Part shown: in pieces, positions 12,301-25,992 of the stretch
Position numbering within the stretch: position 1 is the first letter of the stretch
How the letters are laid out: every line of letters begins with the position of its first letter
Source: Antedon mediterranea
Taxonomy: Eukaryota > Animalia > Echinodermata
Length of the DNA: 64,000 nucleotides
Reading direction: 5' to 3'
NCBI RefSeq assembly: GCF_964355755.1
Contig: NC_092671.1
Span: forward strand, 37,830,304-37,894,303
Made by a program: the position numbers and the translations under genes
Notes under the pieces: generated by a model
Seen by the model: the letters and a program-made list of their open reading frames with translations, nothing else
What the model was told of the DNA's origin: nothing
Databases searched by the model: none

Positions 12301-15300
12301 TAGTAATCTTGTATCTAAATAATAAAGATGATTTATATATAATTTGAATTATTAACCATGACATACACATATTTTTTTCTTAGGCCAAGAGGATGGAATA
12401 GGTGTTGAGAATTTGAGGGGCAGTGGGATGATTGCTGGTGGTACATCTAGAGCTTATGAGGAAGTGATCACACTAAACATGGTGGGTATTTTAAGAATTA
12501 TAATTAACATGGCTTTTATTGTTTCTCTGCACACACACATAACATTGACATTGAAAAAAACAAAGTTACACTAGTAAAAAAAAGTGTGCAGAAGGAGACC
12601 AAAATAGTTTGGAGACAACTTTAAGTCATGGCCACCAGACAGTAGTTTGATAAGAAAATAGATTCACATGTAAATTGGTTTTGTTCACAGGTGACATGTA
12701 GAGCAGTTGGTATTGGTTCATATGTTGTACGTCTAGGCCAGCGAATCATCCAGGTGGAGAACTCGCCTATCATCCTGACTGGCAACCAAGCTCTTAATAA
12801 GGTATGATAAGCTATGAATATTCATTCACTAGAACATGTCAAAGTTCAAAGGGCTATGAATCAGTAGTTTTAAGAAAATACCTCTCTTTTTTCAATTAAA
12901 TTTATGGAGAGCCAATTCGATAGTACTTGGCATTCATGACAATCCACAGGTTGCTGCACCGCTGTCATGTTTTATATGTTGTTGTTTGTACCTGAAAAAT
13001 GAATAAAATAAAAATTTAAAAATTCCATATTTCTGTTTTAATTACCTTCTTATGCTTTGATAAATATTCTGTTTTTCATAATTAGGTTCTAGGTCGTGAT
13101 GTTTACACGTCAAACAATCAACTTGGCGGTATTCAGATCATGCATAACAACGGAGTAAGCCACGCTGTTGCACGTGACGATTTCCACGGTGTTTACACGC
13201 TTCTCAAATGGCTCTCATACATGCCAAAACACAAAGGAGCTAGCGTTCCTGTTGTACCAAGCATTGATGTCGTCGAACGAGATGTCCAGTTTGTTCCGAC
13301 AAAAACGCCTTATGATCCGAGACATATGCTGGCAGGGCGCCCTCATCCAGGTACAACATCTCTGCCTTCACATACACTACAGTATATTTTAGATTAATTT
13401 TAAATTGATTTTGACCCCAAAAATGGATCAAAACATTCAAACAATACTTTTTGTTAAAATTAACTATTTCGTTTGTCTTTTTATAAGTGAAATAATAAAT
13501 TTTAAATGGATAGTTTGTGAAAATACTTAATGAAAATATGTTATACAAACAACCCCTAATTGTATATACTTTAAGAGTATTGATATTTTTAAATCTGATA
13601 TTTACGTATTCATTCAAAATTGCTTATTCTATTATACATTAATTATATATATTTTTTATTCCAGATATTGCTAATGAGTGGCAATCAGGATTTTTTGACA
13701 AAGATTCCTTCATGGAGATTATGCAGCCATGGGCACAAACAGTTGTAGTTGGCAGAGCTAAGTAAGTTAAATCAAACTAGTTTGACAAACAAAAGTGTTA
13801 TGTGCCCAAATATGGTAGTGATATGCTCAAATTTGGCAGTGATATGACATCATAATGTCCATATATGAGCACATCACTTTTTTTAGTCACATAAAGTTTG
13901 ATAGTGTAGACAGAGCTTAAAGCTATTTTTGTTACTAAAAAGTATTAAATATTATAATCCATTTATGTTATTGAGTGCACTAAGTAGTAGCTTGTTTTGT
14001 TTGCTTCTGTAGACTTGGTGGAATCCCAATGGGTGTTATTGCTGTTGAAACAAGAACAGTGAATCTGGATATCCCAGCTGATCCAGGCAACCCAGACACA
14101 GAATCCAAGGTAAAGATAATCAATCACATTTTAATCACCAGTGATCTCTAAGCTTTGTCTACACTATCAAACTAGTTTGACAAAAAAATGTGATGTGCCC
14201 ATATATGGTAGTGATGTGCCAAAATATGGTAGTGATATGACATCATCATGTCCATGTATGGGCACATCGCATTGTTTTGTCACATAAAGTTTGATAATGG
14301 ACACAGAGCTTTAGTGTTGTATTCTGTGATAGTAACCTGTTGTATTATGTATTATAGGTGATAGCACAAGCTGGTATGGTCTGGTTCCCTGACTCTGCTT
14401 TCAAGACAGCACAAGCAATCAAAGATTTCAACCGTGAAGAATTGCCTCTTATCATCTTTGCTAATTGGAGAGGTTTCTCAGGAGGAATGAAAGGTAACCA
14501 TTCTGAATTGACATCTTGAATAATATGTAAATTAGATAACATACCTGTAATTACAGAAATATAAGCACATTAGATTTTATTAAAAGGAATATCAACTGTT
14601 AAGGCGAGAAACTGGGGAGAGAGGGGGAGGAGGATATCAGCATGAAAATAGAAAAATATAAACTTTTATTTTGTTAATGTATTAATATATGTATGAATTT
14701 CTTTTTTATATAGTTACAAAATTAACATTGTATAACTTTTGTTTCAGATATGTATGAGCAGGTGTTGAAGTATGGGTCATACATCGTAGATGCATTGGTA
14801 GAGTACAAACAGCCTGTGATGGTATACATCCCACCAAATGGTGAACTTAGAGGAGGGTCATGGGTGGTCATTGACCCTACAATCAACCCAGAACACATGG
14901 AGATGTACGCTGACGTTGATTCACGGTAATAATACTACACTTTATTTTCTTTTTTATTTTATCAACACTAAAGCTCTGTGTCCACTATAAAAATGTATGT
15001 GACGAAAACTGTGATGTGCCCATATATGGACATGATCATTTCATATCACTAACATATTTAAGCATACTACTACCATATTTGGGCATATCACTACCATATT
15101 GGGGAGCATCACACTTTTTTTGTCAAATTAGTTTGATAGTGTAGACAGAGCTTTAATGTGTTTATTATATTTATGTTTTATATTTCATATTTTATATGGT
15201 TATTGATTTATGCTTTCTTTTTAAGGGGTGGTGTCTTAGAACCTGAAGGCACGGTAGAGATAAAGTTTAAGAGAAGAGATTTACTAAAGGCCATGCGGAG

Positions 15301-17372
15301 GATTGACCCCAAGTACCAGGAATTAGAGAAATCATTGAAGGTCAAAGGACTAATTGATAAGGAAGAGAATGGTACGTTTACACAAATCATTTTACATACA
15401 TAATCTGACTTCTGTAGCTGATGTATCTTTAAATGCCTGGGATAGTAATTGTTTTGACACATAAAAATATACTGTGTTGTTTTTATACAGAAATCAAGTC
15501 CAAGTTAAGGGAGAGAGAGGAACTACTGCTACCAATCTACCATCAAGTTGCCGTCAACTTCGCTGATCTTCACGATACCGCTGGCAGAATGCAAGAGAAG
15601 GGGGTTATATCAGTAAGTCATTAAGATTTTGCTAGCAATCTTAATTTGGTAAATGTTCACTTATCTGAAAACAGATGACAAACGACATTGGTTAATCTTC
15701 TGTTTGTTCTGTGTTTATTGGAAGTGAATAATAATCATGTATACATCTTACTCGGATACTATTTTAGAGTCCGTGTTTCTGCAGCCATTTATCCAATAAT
15801 TATCCGATGTGAATGAGATAATTATCGGTTAATTTTTCGATTAAACGCTGTTTCCACAGGCATTTAATCGGTTAATTTTTGGCTGCACAAACACGGCCTT
15901 AAAGTAAGAATATTCAGAATTATAATAAATTGGTAAATGAATTTAATAATCACTTTTTTATCATTCTCTCTAATTTATTCTTGCAGGAAAGTTTACATTG
16001 GAAGAATTCTCGTAAATTCTTCTACTGGCGTGTGCGTAGACTTTTGCTGGAATACAAAGTGTGTGCTCTGATACGCAAGGCTAACGATACACTGTCAAAT
16101 GTTGAGATTAAGTTTATGCTTAGAAGATGGTTTGTAGATGACCAAGGCGCCCCTAAGGTATGACTTGTTATTGTCTTGTATAATAAAATGTGTAATTTAA
16201 ATTTCTGAATACACAGTCAACTCTCCCAATACCGGACACCTTTGGGCCGGCCTAATATGTATGGTTTTCCAGAAAATTTAAAAATTAATTTTGGACTTTT
16301 TGAAGAAAAGTCTGGTTTTAGGAGAGTTTCTGTTTTCAGAGAGTCCGGTATTGTGAGAGTTGACTGCATATTTTTGTTGAAATACTGTATGTAATTAATT
16401 TGTACATTTAGTAGACACACTGTGGATTTTGTTTGAAATGATTTTATTTATTTTAAACAGGCATATCTATGGGACAACAACCAAGCTGTAAGTGAGTGGC
16501 TACTGGACCAAGAAAGACAACAAGTCACTAAAGGTCATTCCAGTATCCTAGATAACGTTCAATCAGTGAGGCGTGACCAACTAATTCTTCAAATTCGCAA
16601 GTAAGTTAGGTCAGCAAAACCAAGCCGTTGAGCATTCCAAGTTGCACAATTTGGGAATGAGGCACTAGTGGATTTTGCATTTTTGGTTATTCATTTGGTA
16701 TTTAAGTTTTTCTTGTATCCCTTTATGGTATCTGTTTTCGATTTTTAATATTTGCACTACACTACATAGTAATGAGTTGATTGAATGCAGTTTGGAGATC
16801 ATAAACATGATACTGTAACTCCCTGGACGTCAGTAAATACTTAGTAATTTTGATACATGCTTAATGGAACAATTTTTGGGGCACCTTAAGCTTTCATTTG
16901 GATACTCGCAATAAGAAAACTTCTTTGCTTGTAACTTGCTCTTTCCCAATACTTCTATCTTTATGATGATACTGTAAAACAAATAAAGATATCAAGTAAC
17001 AATTTCTAAAGCTCTGTCTCACTATCAAACTTTATGTGACAAAACAATGTGATGTGCCCATATATGGATATGATGTTATATTACTACCCTATTTGGGCAA
17101 TTCACACTTTTTTTGTCAAACTATTTTGATAGTGTAGACAGAGCTTTACATGTTTTCAATACCTTTAGATATAAGTATCCAAATTGTGTAGTACTGTAAA
17201 ATAATAAATATTATTAAATGATTAATATTTATCTTTCAGACTTGTAAATGAAAACCCAGAAGTTGTGATGGATTCAGTCGTCCACATGACCCAGAAGATG
17301 ACCCCATCTCAAAAGGCTGAAATTATCAAAGTATTATCAACCGAAACACCAATAGATTCCGACAGCAATTAA
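350..17372 (+). CDS. ACC: Acetyl-CoA carboxylase (ACC1/ACACA-like), 3' part: central domain plus carboxyltransferase, 31 coding exons; the 5' part lies upstream of the window
   Basis: GT-AG exons read by hand: 350-450, 806-1019, 2270-2497, 2808-2897, 3438-3556, 5571-5717, 6102-6186, 6370-6477, 6576-6674, 6799-6936, 7314-7481, 7911-8071, 8872-8983, 10190-10345, 10781-10849, 11167-11241, 11348-11479, 11639-11776, 12076-12190, 12384-12481, 12691-12801, 13086-13350, 13665-13761, 14013-14109, 14358-14493, 14748-14925, 15226-15371, 15491-15612, 15987-16157, 16461-16600, 17240-17372 (TAA). Typical ACC peptides: [116 protein letters not shown]. Confidence 0.97.
1152..1819. repeat. 140-bp direct repeats (1152-1291 and 1680-1819) around an AT-rich spacer
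   Basis: Two near-identical copies of TTCCCGATTGATCGTAATCAAAACGGTACTGGG...CATAGAACGGTYCCGAGATAA in an ACC intron. Confidence 0.85.
7542..7822. mobile_element. MITE family with TTAA flanks (Kolobok-like)
   Basis: Termini ttaa|AGATGTATTGTCCCCC ... GGGGGACAATACATCT|ttaa; related copies at about 1900-2206, 10372-10670, 53762-55670 (split) and 57855-58010. Confidence 0.7.
8126..8345 (+). mobile_element. tRNA-derived SINE with Deu-domain-like body
   Basis: A box TGGCCGAGCGG and B box GGTTCGAGGC, then CTCGGATAAGGACTATAAACCGTAGGTCC...TAAAGAACC...GAGTAGGGGGTTACCCCGGTGT, which resembles the Deu-SINE core. Second copy at 22140. Confidence 0.8.
9184..9815. mobile_element. Non-autonomous DNA transposon with about 48-bp TIRs, nested in the right TIR of a family-A MITE
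   Basis: TAGAGAGGTTTCGCAATCTTAAGAATACAATAACGAAAACGGATACGTCA ... TGACGTATCCGTTTTCGTTATCGTATTTGTAAGGTTGCGAAACCTCCCTA. The host MITE resumes with GTAGACAGAGTT. Confidence 0.85.
10942..11117. mobile_element. GC-rich MITE with CAGTGGCGTAAC-type termini
   Basis: Homologous copies at about 60166-60339 (inverted) and 62172-62363. Confidence 0.7.
16214..16366. mobile_element. Tc1/mariner (pogo/Tigger)-type MITE
   Basis: CAGTCAACTCTCCCAATACCGGAC ... GTCCGGTATTGTGAGAGTTGACTG; related inverted copy at about 3145-3311. Confidence 0.7.
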
Positions 17373-17389
17373 GACTCAAAATAATATAT

Positions 17390-17805
17390 GGATATTTAAA
17401 AAAACAGCAATGTTGAAGTGGGGGGGGGGGGGAAGCTGTAGATAAAAACACAAAAGAAGTTATGGCATATAAACAAAAATTTAACTGGAGAAAACCAGCG
17501 AAGAACTCGTCAATTTGATTGGATTATTGGCAGAGTACAAAATGGATTAATGGTTCTGAATAATATATGGGATTAGCTAAAGCCATAAACAAATATCACA
17601 AGAGGAAAAATGAGTGGATATAAAAAACAGCAATGTTGACTTGTGGGGGGAAACCTGTAGATAAAAAGAAAAATAAAGTTATGGCGTATAAACAAAAATG
17701 AACAGGAAAAAAACAGTTAGGAACTTGTCAAATGGATGTGATTGTTGACAGAGTACTAAAGGATTTCCAAATACAGTAATATATGGTATTAGGTAGAAGC
17801 CATAA
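17390..17805. repeat. Diverged tandem duplication (about 225-bp period) in the ACC 3'UTR
   Basis: 17390-17588 aligns with 17616-17805 (AAAAAACAGCAATGTTGA...TGTAGATAAAAA...GTTATGGCRTATAAACAAAAAT...AGCCATAA). Confidence 0.8.
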
Positions 17806-19582
17806 GAGATATATTTAGAGAGTGCAGCTGAACAGATTATTTATACATATATTATTTAGAATTAACATTAGACTAATTATAAACTTGATATGGATATTAT
17901 TTTATTAATTGACAAAACACGAAAATATGCATTTCTGTAAAGCTCTGTCTACTATCAAACTAGTTTGACAAAAAAAATGTGATGTGGCCAAATATGGTAG
18001 TGATATGACATCATCATGTCCATGGGCACATCACACTTTTTTGTCAAACTATGTAGTTTGATAGTGTAGACAGAGCTTTAGGATTTTATGATACAACTTC
18101 AACATGTTTTGTTGATGAATCTAAAGCTCTGTCTACACTATCAAACTAGTGTGATGTGCCCATATATGGTTTAAAACTGATGCAAATGATGAGAGAAGAT
18201 TCATGCGATTTCCACAACATGCAAATTTATCATATTTTAAGTTTAATTTGAGTGAATTGTTTGGAATTTTGATAACATAAAATATTACATTCCTATGCAA
18301 GTTTAAATGACAACAATATAGGGAATTTGTATATGTTGTTAATGTACAGTACAATAATTGCCTTATTGTACAACAGTGCCTCAGGGATTTTGAATACTGC
18401 AATACACTATCAAACTAGTTTGACAAAAAAAAGTGCTCAAATATGGTAGTGATATGCCTAAATATGGCAGTGATATGACATCATCATGTCTATATATGGG
18501 CACATCACATTTTTTCTGTCACATAAAGTTTGATAATGTAGACAGAGCTAGCATTTCTTGATATAATCCCAGTTTGAATTTAATCATCTTTATGTTCTGT
18601 GTAATTGTACGGGACCAGTTTTATGCAGATCATGGAATATTTTCTAAATACAGCTTCTTTTTTTTTTCAAAATCATGAAATGTTATAAACACAGTATTGA
18701 AAAGGTCTGAATAAATAAAATAAGTAAATTGTTGTCATGGTAATGACATTTTATAAATAATTAATATTGTTTCTACTTGAAAATGGTATAAAATGTTGTG
18801 CAATGTATTGATAATATTATTGTAGGTTTCATAATTGTAAACAACCTTTTTTCTTTGGATTAAAATTGGCCAAAGATTTCATGTCCAATGATGTGTGTTA
18901 TTTAAAACAATCCAGTCAATATTGTATCACATGATGGAAATATTAAAAAAATACTCATAATTAAAGAATATGGTTTCCTTTTTCAAGTCTTAGTCAATAG
19001 TTAAATGTGAATCACCACAGTAATTATTTAAGCTATTCAATATTTGTTATTTGCACAAAGCTTCAATTTTACGTGATATTTGCGTGATAAATTATTCGGA
19101 AATATAATTAAATGTGCATCTTTCAGAACGTATCATCTGCATTTTTGGAACATTATTTAACAAAAATTCTATAAAAAATATAGAGGGCGGCAGACCGATC
19201 ATTTCTATTAATAATAAAATATATTATGACGAAGGAACTGCTGATAGAAAGTGTGGACAGTTTATTTTGTTAAATAACAGCCAGATTTTACAGTTTTCCC
19301 GTGTTAAGAGTGACCAATTATCAGTAAGTTTTTCTTTTATACCAATGTATGTTGTTATTGTTTACAGAAAAGACTTTCCTATGCTTAGTTGAGTCGTCGG
19401 CTAGGAGGAGGAAGCGGCGTGGAAGATCAGAGCAGAGCCTCCAGTGGGCTAGCCTAACTAAGCCTAGGCCTAGTAGTAGAAAGTAGGGCCTAGCTGGCCA
19501 TTGTCTGTAGCATCCTAGGCCTAGCAATAATAGAAGTAGTCTACGCCTACTTAAATTGTTGTTGTTTTGTTTTTACAGAATA

Positions 19583-22500
19583 ATGGGGCAGTATGACGCT
19601 CAAGTAAGACAACAATTATCAAAGGTAAGAACATGCATGAACTTGTTTACAAAAAAGTGCATATCTGATATCAATTATGAATTATCATCCACTTCATCAC
19701 CACATGAATGATTCAGATGACCATATGGACGGACTCGCTCAACCAGAACTAATTTGCTTAAATGGTATAGGCCTAGGGCCTAGTAGAGGTCATTGTATTA
19801 GCCTACATACACAATACACAAAAAAGATCCCCCAAGCGTCAGTCAGCAGAAAAGACAAGTAGGCCTAAATGACATGGGTCACATCATATTGCTAAATGCT
19901 TTTCAATGACCCAACATTATCAAGCAAAAATCAAGTACAGTATTGAACAATTACCTAACTAAAGGATGTTTTTAACTTTTTTCATCAGTATAAACACAAG
20001 GACTTGGCGCAACGAGATGTTCTAAATGTGTTTGCCTCCTTTTCCGATTTAAAACCAAAAATTGATAAATATGGTAAGAATCTTTTTTTGCAGTACCTTT
20101 CATATTCTATGATTGTTATAATTATTATTCTTTTTCAATAACTTGTTATCTTTTATATATCTGAGAATCAGTACAATTATTTCTTACTATTATAATGGGC
20201 TGTACGCTTAAAGCTATTCGCTTACAGTACTGCCCCTTCACATGTTTCATTTCATACTTTTTATATTTTATTTTCAATTACAAAATGTTACTTATCTTTT
20301 GTCAAATTTTGAATAAATAAAGTGATTCAAACTTGAATCTATTTAAGATATCTTTAAATTAGTTGTTGAAAACAATCTAAAATGTTTAATTTATTTTCTT
20401 TCAGCTTTTAATGATGGATCAGTTAAAGATTTATTGTGTATTGATGGAACGATTCCAGTTCATTACAAAGGTACAAACAATACATTTTTTTTTCGATCAA
20501 ATTTTTGATCAAACTGGATATCTATTGTGACATTAAAATGGCATATTCAACAAAAAAAGAAAAAATTTACGTTTATTATAAGTATTGATATTATATTGTT
20601 GTGTTGTTTCTATAGGGGCAAAGTACAATATCCCAGTTTGTATATATGTGATGGATACGCACCCATACAACCCACCAATGTGCTTTGTTAGGCCAACCAA
20701 AGACATGTTGATAAAACCGTCTAAAAATGTGGATGCAAATGGCCGAATCTACTTGCCATATTTACACGAATGGAAATTTGTAAGTTACTCAAATTTTTTT
20801 TTTGAGTTTTTAGTTTGATTATAAACTTATGTCAATGTGACTTTTTTTCTTTTTAGTTAATACCATTTTGTATCTATACATTGTGTTTTGTCAATTTTTT
20901 TTTGTCAACTATATCTGAAACATTTTATATAACACCTAAATAGATTCCTGTCATTAGATTAGACCAGTAGGTCACATGACATGATATCAAGTGCGCGGCG
21001 TATTTATATTTTGTCAGCGGAAGACGCAACCTTCCATAACATAATATTTCCATTGAAGGAATGGTACAAATAATTTTATTTGGTGAAATTCCATTTCAAT
21101 TTTGTCTGTTGCCTCATGAAAATATAACTCTTTATAATTCACCTCGTGAAATTATTTGTACCATTCCACTCATACTGTAAACATTCATTAAAATGTTTTG
21201 TTAATATAATCTTTATCTTAATAGTACTTTTTTTATTTCTTAGCCAAATTCAGATTTGATAGGACTTATTCAAGTGATGAGTGTTGTGTTTGGAGAAGCC
21301 TCACCAGTTTATGCAAAGCCACAGAGGGCAGCACCCCCTCGACCAACATACCCTCCTGGGGGTTCGTCACATCCCCAACAAAGTACCCCTTACCCCACAA
21401 ATTCAGGTGAGCTATTGTGAAAGCAATATTAGCATTACTTAAACTCTGTCTACACTATCAAACTAGTTTGATTAAAAAAAAGTGTGATGTGCCCAAATAT
21501 TGTAGTGATATGCCCAAATAGGGTAGTAATATGACATCATCATGTCCATATTGGGGCACACCACATTTTATTGTCACATAAAGTTTGATAGTGTAGACAG
21601 AGCTTTAGCAAAATTCCTAAAATACATGCATGAATACTACTACTGTATAAGTTTTATCTAAGTTATTTCTCTTTTTTAATTGTCAGCTTTCATGCCGATG
21701 CCTAATGCTAGTGGACAACCACAGAATTCCGGCTACTATCCCCCGCAAAATCCTCCAACAAGTTCATACCAACCTTCGAGTTACCCCTATCCTGCGCCAG
21801 CAACGGGTTACCCCTACCCCCAAAGTTCATCAATTACACCCTACCCAACCAACACACAGCCTCAAATGACCACAGCAAAACCCCCTCCTGGTAAGTGAGT
21901 TTTGTAATTTTAATAAATAATAATCTACTTTATTGAAAGATAATTCTTATGAATAATAAATAAAATTAGATTATGATAATAACTAAGCCTTGGTGTTATG
22001 TGGTAGGGTGGCTAGTTTCCACACCGCCTTATCCTCCCTAGTGTTTTTTCAACCAGATACTCATTTGGAGCTGAGTGGACTGGGAGATGTTCTTATCGAA
22101 AACTGAACCCAGGCCTTACTGTATGATAGTGATTACGTAGCCATAACATAGACAAGGGTTCGAGGCTCACTCTCTCCATGGTTCTGGTGGTAGATCGAGT
22201 CTTCTCGGATAAGGACTATAAACCATAGGTCCAGTGTACACAACCAGCTCATGTGTAAAGAACCCAGTACATCTTTCGAGATAAGTAGGGGGTTACCCTG
22301 GTGTACTAGTACACACACAGCCACTGATCATAACTGGGCCCTCTGGGAGACCAGACTTTGACTAAAGAGGTCGCCCAGTATAAATAATATATTTCAATAT
22401 TTCATCCTCTCGGTTAATGCAACCCCAAGTTGTTACATTGTATAATGATATGTGTTTGTATTCAAAGGCTCTGTAAACATGGATGTACTTTCAATGAATA

Positions 22501-25500
22501 GTGAATCATATATAGGTACAGTAATCTTGGGAAGAAGAGGGCTTTGATTTTTGTGTAGATATTTATAAATAAAATTGTTTCGGAGGTTTCTAATTTGAGC
22601 AATTTCTTCTGGTGTCTATGTAAAGCTCTGTCTACACAATCAAACTAGTTTGACAAGAAAATGTGATGTGGTATGCTTAAATATGGTAGTGATAGGACAT
22701 CATCATGTCCATATATGGGCACATCACATTTATTGTCACAGTGTAGTGTAGACAGGGCTTAAAGAAGTAGACCAGACATTTATTTTTGTAAAACCACTGT
22801 ACATGTACAAACATTAGTTGTACAAAAATAAATTTCTTATCTATGGTACTACTTGCTAACTTTGTAAAAATTCATTGTTAACTTTTATGCAATTAAGGTG
22901 TTCACGCTTGCCATACTAATCACCTCACCTTTGATGTCATTTGGGTAATTTATTAGGTTTCAAATAATTTCAAATCCTTGTTATTTATAATTAAGCTAAT
23001 ACCTTGTTTTCTCTTCCAATAACTGTTATCATTACCTGGTGGACTACTGAATTAAAAAAAATCTTTGTATTTTCTTTAACTCTTCACTACTTTTTAAGGG
23101 TCTTTCGATTTAATTTGCTGGCGCCAGAACAGTGACAAGACCCTTTAGATTAGTAAAATATTATTCCTATGCATATCATATGTTAACTCTTCAATTCTTT
23201 TATTTGTTGCCAAAAAGCTCCATTTTTTAATTGTATGCATTAAATATTGTAGACTAAGTTATATAATTCGGCTTAATTTATTGGAAAAAGATGTTGGCAC
23301 ATATGACGTGTCATGAGTATACTTGGGGTAGACTAGCAAAAAATCAAAATGATCACTGCATAATATTAGACTGAAACTTATTAGATTGAAACATATTAGA
23401 CTGAAACTTATTAGATTGAAACATATTAGACTGAAACCTAATTGATTGAAACATATTAGACTGAAACCTAATTGATTGAAACATAATAGACTGAAACCTA
23501 ATTGATTGAAACATAATAGACTGAAACCTAATTGATTGAAACATATTAGACTGAAACCTAATTGATTGAAACATATTAGACTGAAACCTAATTGATTGAA
23601 ACATAATAGACTGAAACCTAATTGATTGAAACATATTAGACTGAAACCTAATTGATTGAAACCTATTAGACTGAAACCTAATTGATTGAAAAATATTAGA
23701 CTGAACCTACTTGATTGAAACCTATTAGACTGAAACCTAATTGATTGAAAAATATTAGACTGAACCTACTTGATTGAAACCTATTAGACTGAAACTTACT
23801 AGACTTAACCTATTAGACTGAAACCTATTAGACTGAAACCTATTTGATTGAAACATGTTGTGATTTATTAATCCCTCTGTGGATCTGAGTTGCATGGTTC
23901 CCTGTTTTTAATCTAATGGTGTTTTTTTTTTCATTTTGTTAGTTAAAAGTCAGAATAGCTTATCAGACGATCAGGTAAGAGCATCTATACAATCAGCAGT
24001 AGAGGATAAGTTAAAACGACGAAGTAAAGAAGTTTTACAACAAATGAAAGTAAGCTTCATTTCGTTTTTATTTCTTTTCTTTTTTTTTAAATACCTTAAG
24101 CTCTGTCCACACTAACAAACCTTATTTGACAACAAAATGTGATGGACATGATGATGTCATATCACTACATATTTGGGCACCATCACACTTTTTTTGTCAA
24201 ACTAGTTTTATAGTGTAGACAGAGCTTTACTCTGTGAAAAGAGGTCAAATAATTCTAGTGTGAAAAATACTGTATTATCTATTTTATAGAGCGAGATAGC
24301 AGTTTTAACAGAAACACAAAATAAGTTAAAACAGGGTCAAGAAACTTTAGAAAGAATAACAAATGAGCTTGAACAGCAGCATGTAAGTTAAGATTTATAC
24401 TTAAGCTCTGTCTACACTATCAAACTTTATGTGATGTACCCATATATGTACATGATGATGTCATATCACTACCATATTTGGGCAGATCACTTTTTGACAC
24501 ATAAAGTTTGATAGTGTAGATATAGCTTTACTCATATTATTATTAAGCCATCACTCTTCTCAGTTTTAACAATACTCTATTGCTTACAGTAATTATAAAA
24601 AAAATGATTCTATGTTTTAATAAAATAGGCTGAAGTAGAACAGAATACAGCACTTCTTATGCGTAAAGATGAAGAAATAAAACAAGTTTTAAACAAGATG
24701 GAAGGACAACAGGAGATTGATATTGATGAGGCAGTGGTTGCCACGGCACCGCTATACAAACAGTAAGATGTGTTCTAATTATAAAGCTCTGTCTGCACTA
24801 TCAAACTAGTTTGACAAAAAAAGTATGATTTGCCCAAATATGGTAGTGATATGCCAAAATATGGTAGTGATATGACATCATCATTTCCATATATGTGCAC
24901 ATCACATTTGTTTGTCACATAAAGTTTGATAGTGTGGACAGAGCTTAAAGCACTGAATTTCAGGAGACCATACCTATCCATTTGTTTCTATAAATGCTTC
25001 ATTATTGTGGAAAAACCATTATAAATAATCTTTTTATTTTTTTCAATTTAATTTGTTAAAGTTCAACAAATAATAATTTGTGGTTCTCGCGAGTAATTTT
25101 AATTTGTTTTTTCCTTAGGTTATTAAATTTATTTGCTGAGGAGAATGCTATTGAAGACACAATGTATTACCTGAGTGAGGCACTACGAAAGAACGTCATT
25201 GAGACCGAAGTTTTTTTAAAGGTAGTGTTCTATAATTCCTTTTTTCAATCTTATCTCTCTAAATGATGGCCTTAAGGCCTATTTACACTAGGGCGATAAC
25301 GATTGACGATAAAAAGATAAATATGCATTTTTCATACCTAAAATAAAAGAATTTTAAAAAGTTTTCATCCTAGAACTATAGGATTATCATCTATGCTGCC
25401 TTTGATGAAAATAATATTTCCACACGTCCAATCAAATGACGTCATGATTAGTAAGAGCAATAATATCGTTGCAATACAAAGATTTTATTATTTTTATTCA

Positions 25501-25992
25501 TCATGACGTCATTTGATTGGATTTTCAAAAATATTATTTTTATCAAATACAGCATACATGATTATACTATAGTTCTTGAACGAAAACTGTTCTAATTGCT
25601 TTCGTTTTATCCAAGAAAAATGTATGTTTATCTATTTATCGTCGATCGTTATCGCCCTAGTGTAAATGGGCCTTTAAGCTCTGCCTACACTATCAAACTA
25701 GTTTGACAAAAAAATGTTTGATGTGCCCAAATTTGGTAGTGGAGACAGAGCTTTAAGAACACCACCACTAAAACGAAATTGTTTGCTATGAGTGCATGTA
25801 GATCATCTTATCTATTATTGCACTCATCAGTTGCCTTTAAGCAAAATTGTTTGTGAGATCTATCAAATAGTTGTTTTATCAATATATTAAATATATTACA
25901 TACAGCATGTAAGAGAACTATCAAGAAGGCAGTACGTTGTGAAAGCATTGATGCAGAAGGCACGTATTAAGGCTGGACTTACTCTGCTCTAG
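19583..25992 (+). CDS. TSG101: Tumor susceptibility gene 101 (ESCRT-I subunit Vps23), about 415 aa, 11 coding exons
   Basis: Exons 19583-19624 (MGQYDAQVRQQLSK), 19989-20073, 20405-20470, 20616-20779, 21244-21406, 21687-21890, 23943-24049, 24290-24382, 24629-24762, 25119-25221, 25906-25992 (TAG); total 1248 nt, in frame. UEV domain (GTIPVHYKGAKYNIPVCIYVMDTHPYNPPMCFVRPT...VDANGRIYLPYLHEW), Pro/Tyr-rich region, coiled coil and steadiness box (LFAEENAIEDTMYYLSEALRK...FLKHVRELSRRQ). Confidence 0.96.
22140..22385 (+). mobile_element. 5'-truncated copy of the same tRNA/Deu-type SINE
   Basis: Closely matches 8173-8345, from CCATAACAT through the B box and body. Confidence 0.8.
23365..23855. repeat. 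30-bp minisatellite (dimer of 15-bp subunits) in a TSG101 intron
   Basis: (TTAGACTGAAACCTAATTGATTGAAACATA)n, about 16 units. Confidence 0.95.
25275..25673. mobile_element. Harbinger-type MITE with TTA target duplication
   Basis: tta|AGGCCTATTTACACTAGGGCGATAACGAT ... ATCGTTATCGCCCTAGTGTAAATGGGCCT|tta; long imperfect palindrome; abuts a short family-A copy. Confidence 0.85.

Noticed and set aside
23353-23634. 93-aa ORF (MFQSIRFQSN)n
   Set aside because: Translation of the 30-bp minisatellite in a TSG101 intron; no independent coding evidence.
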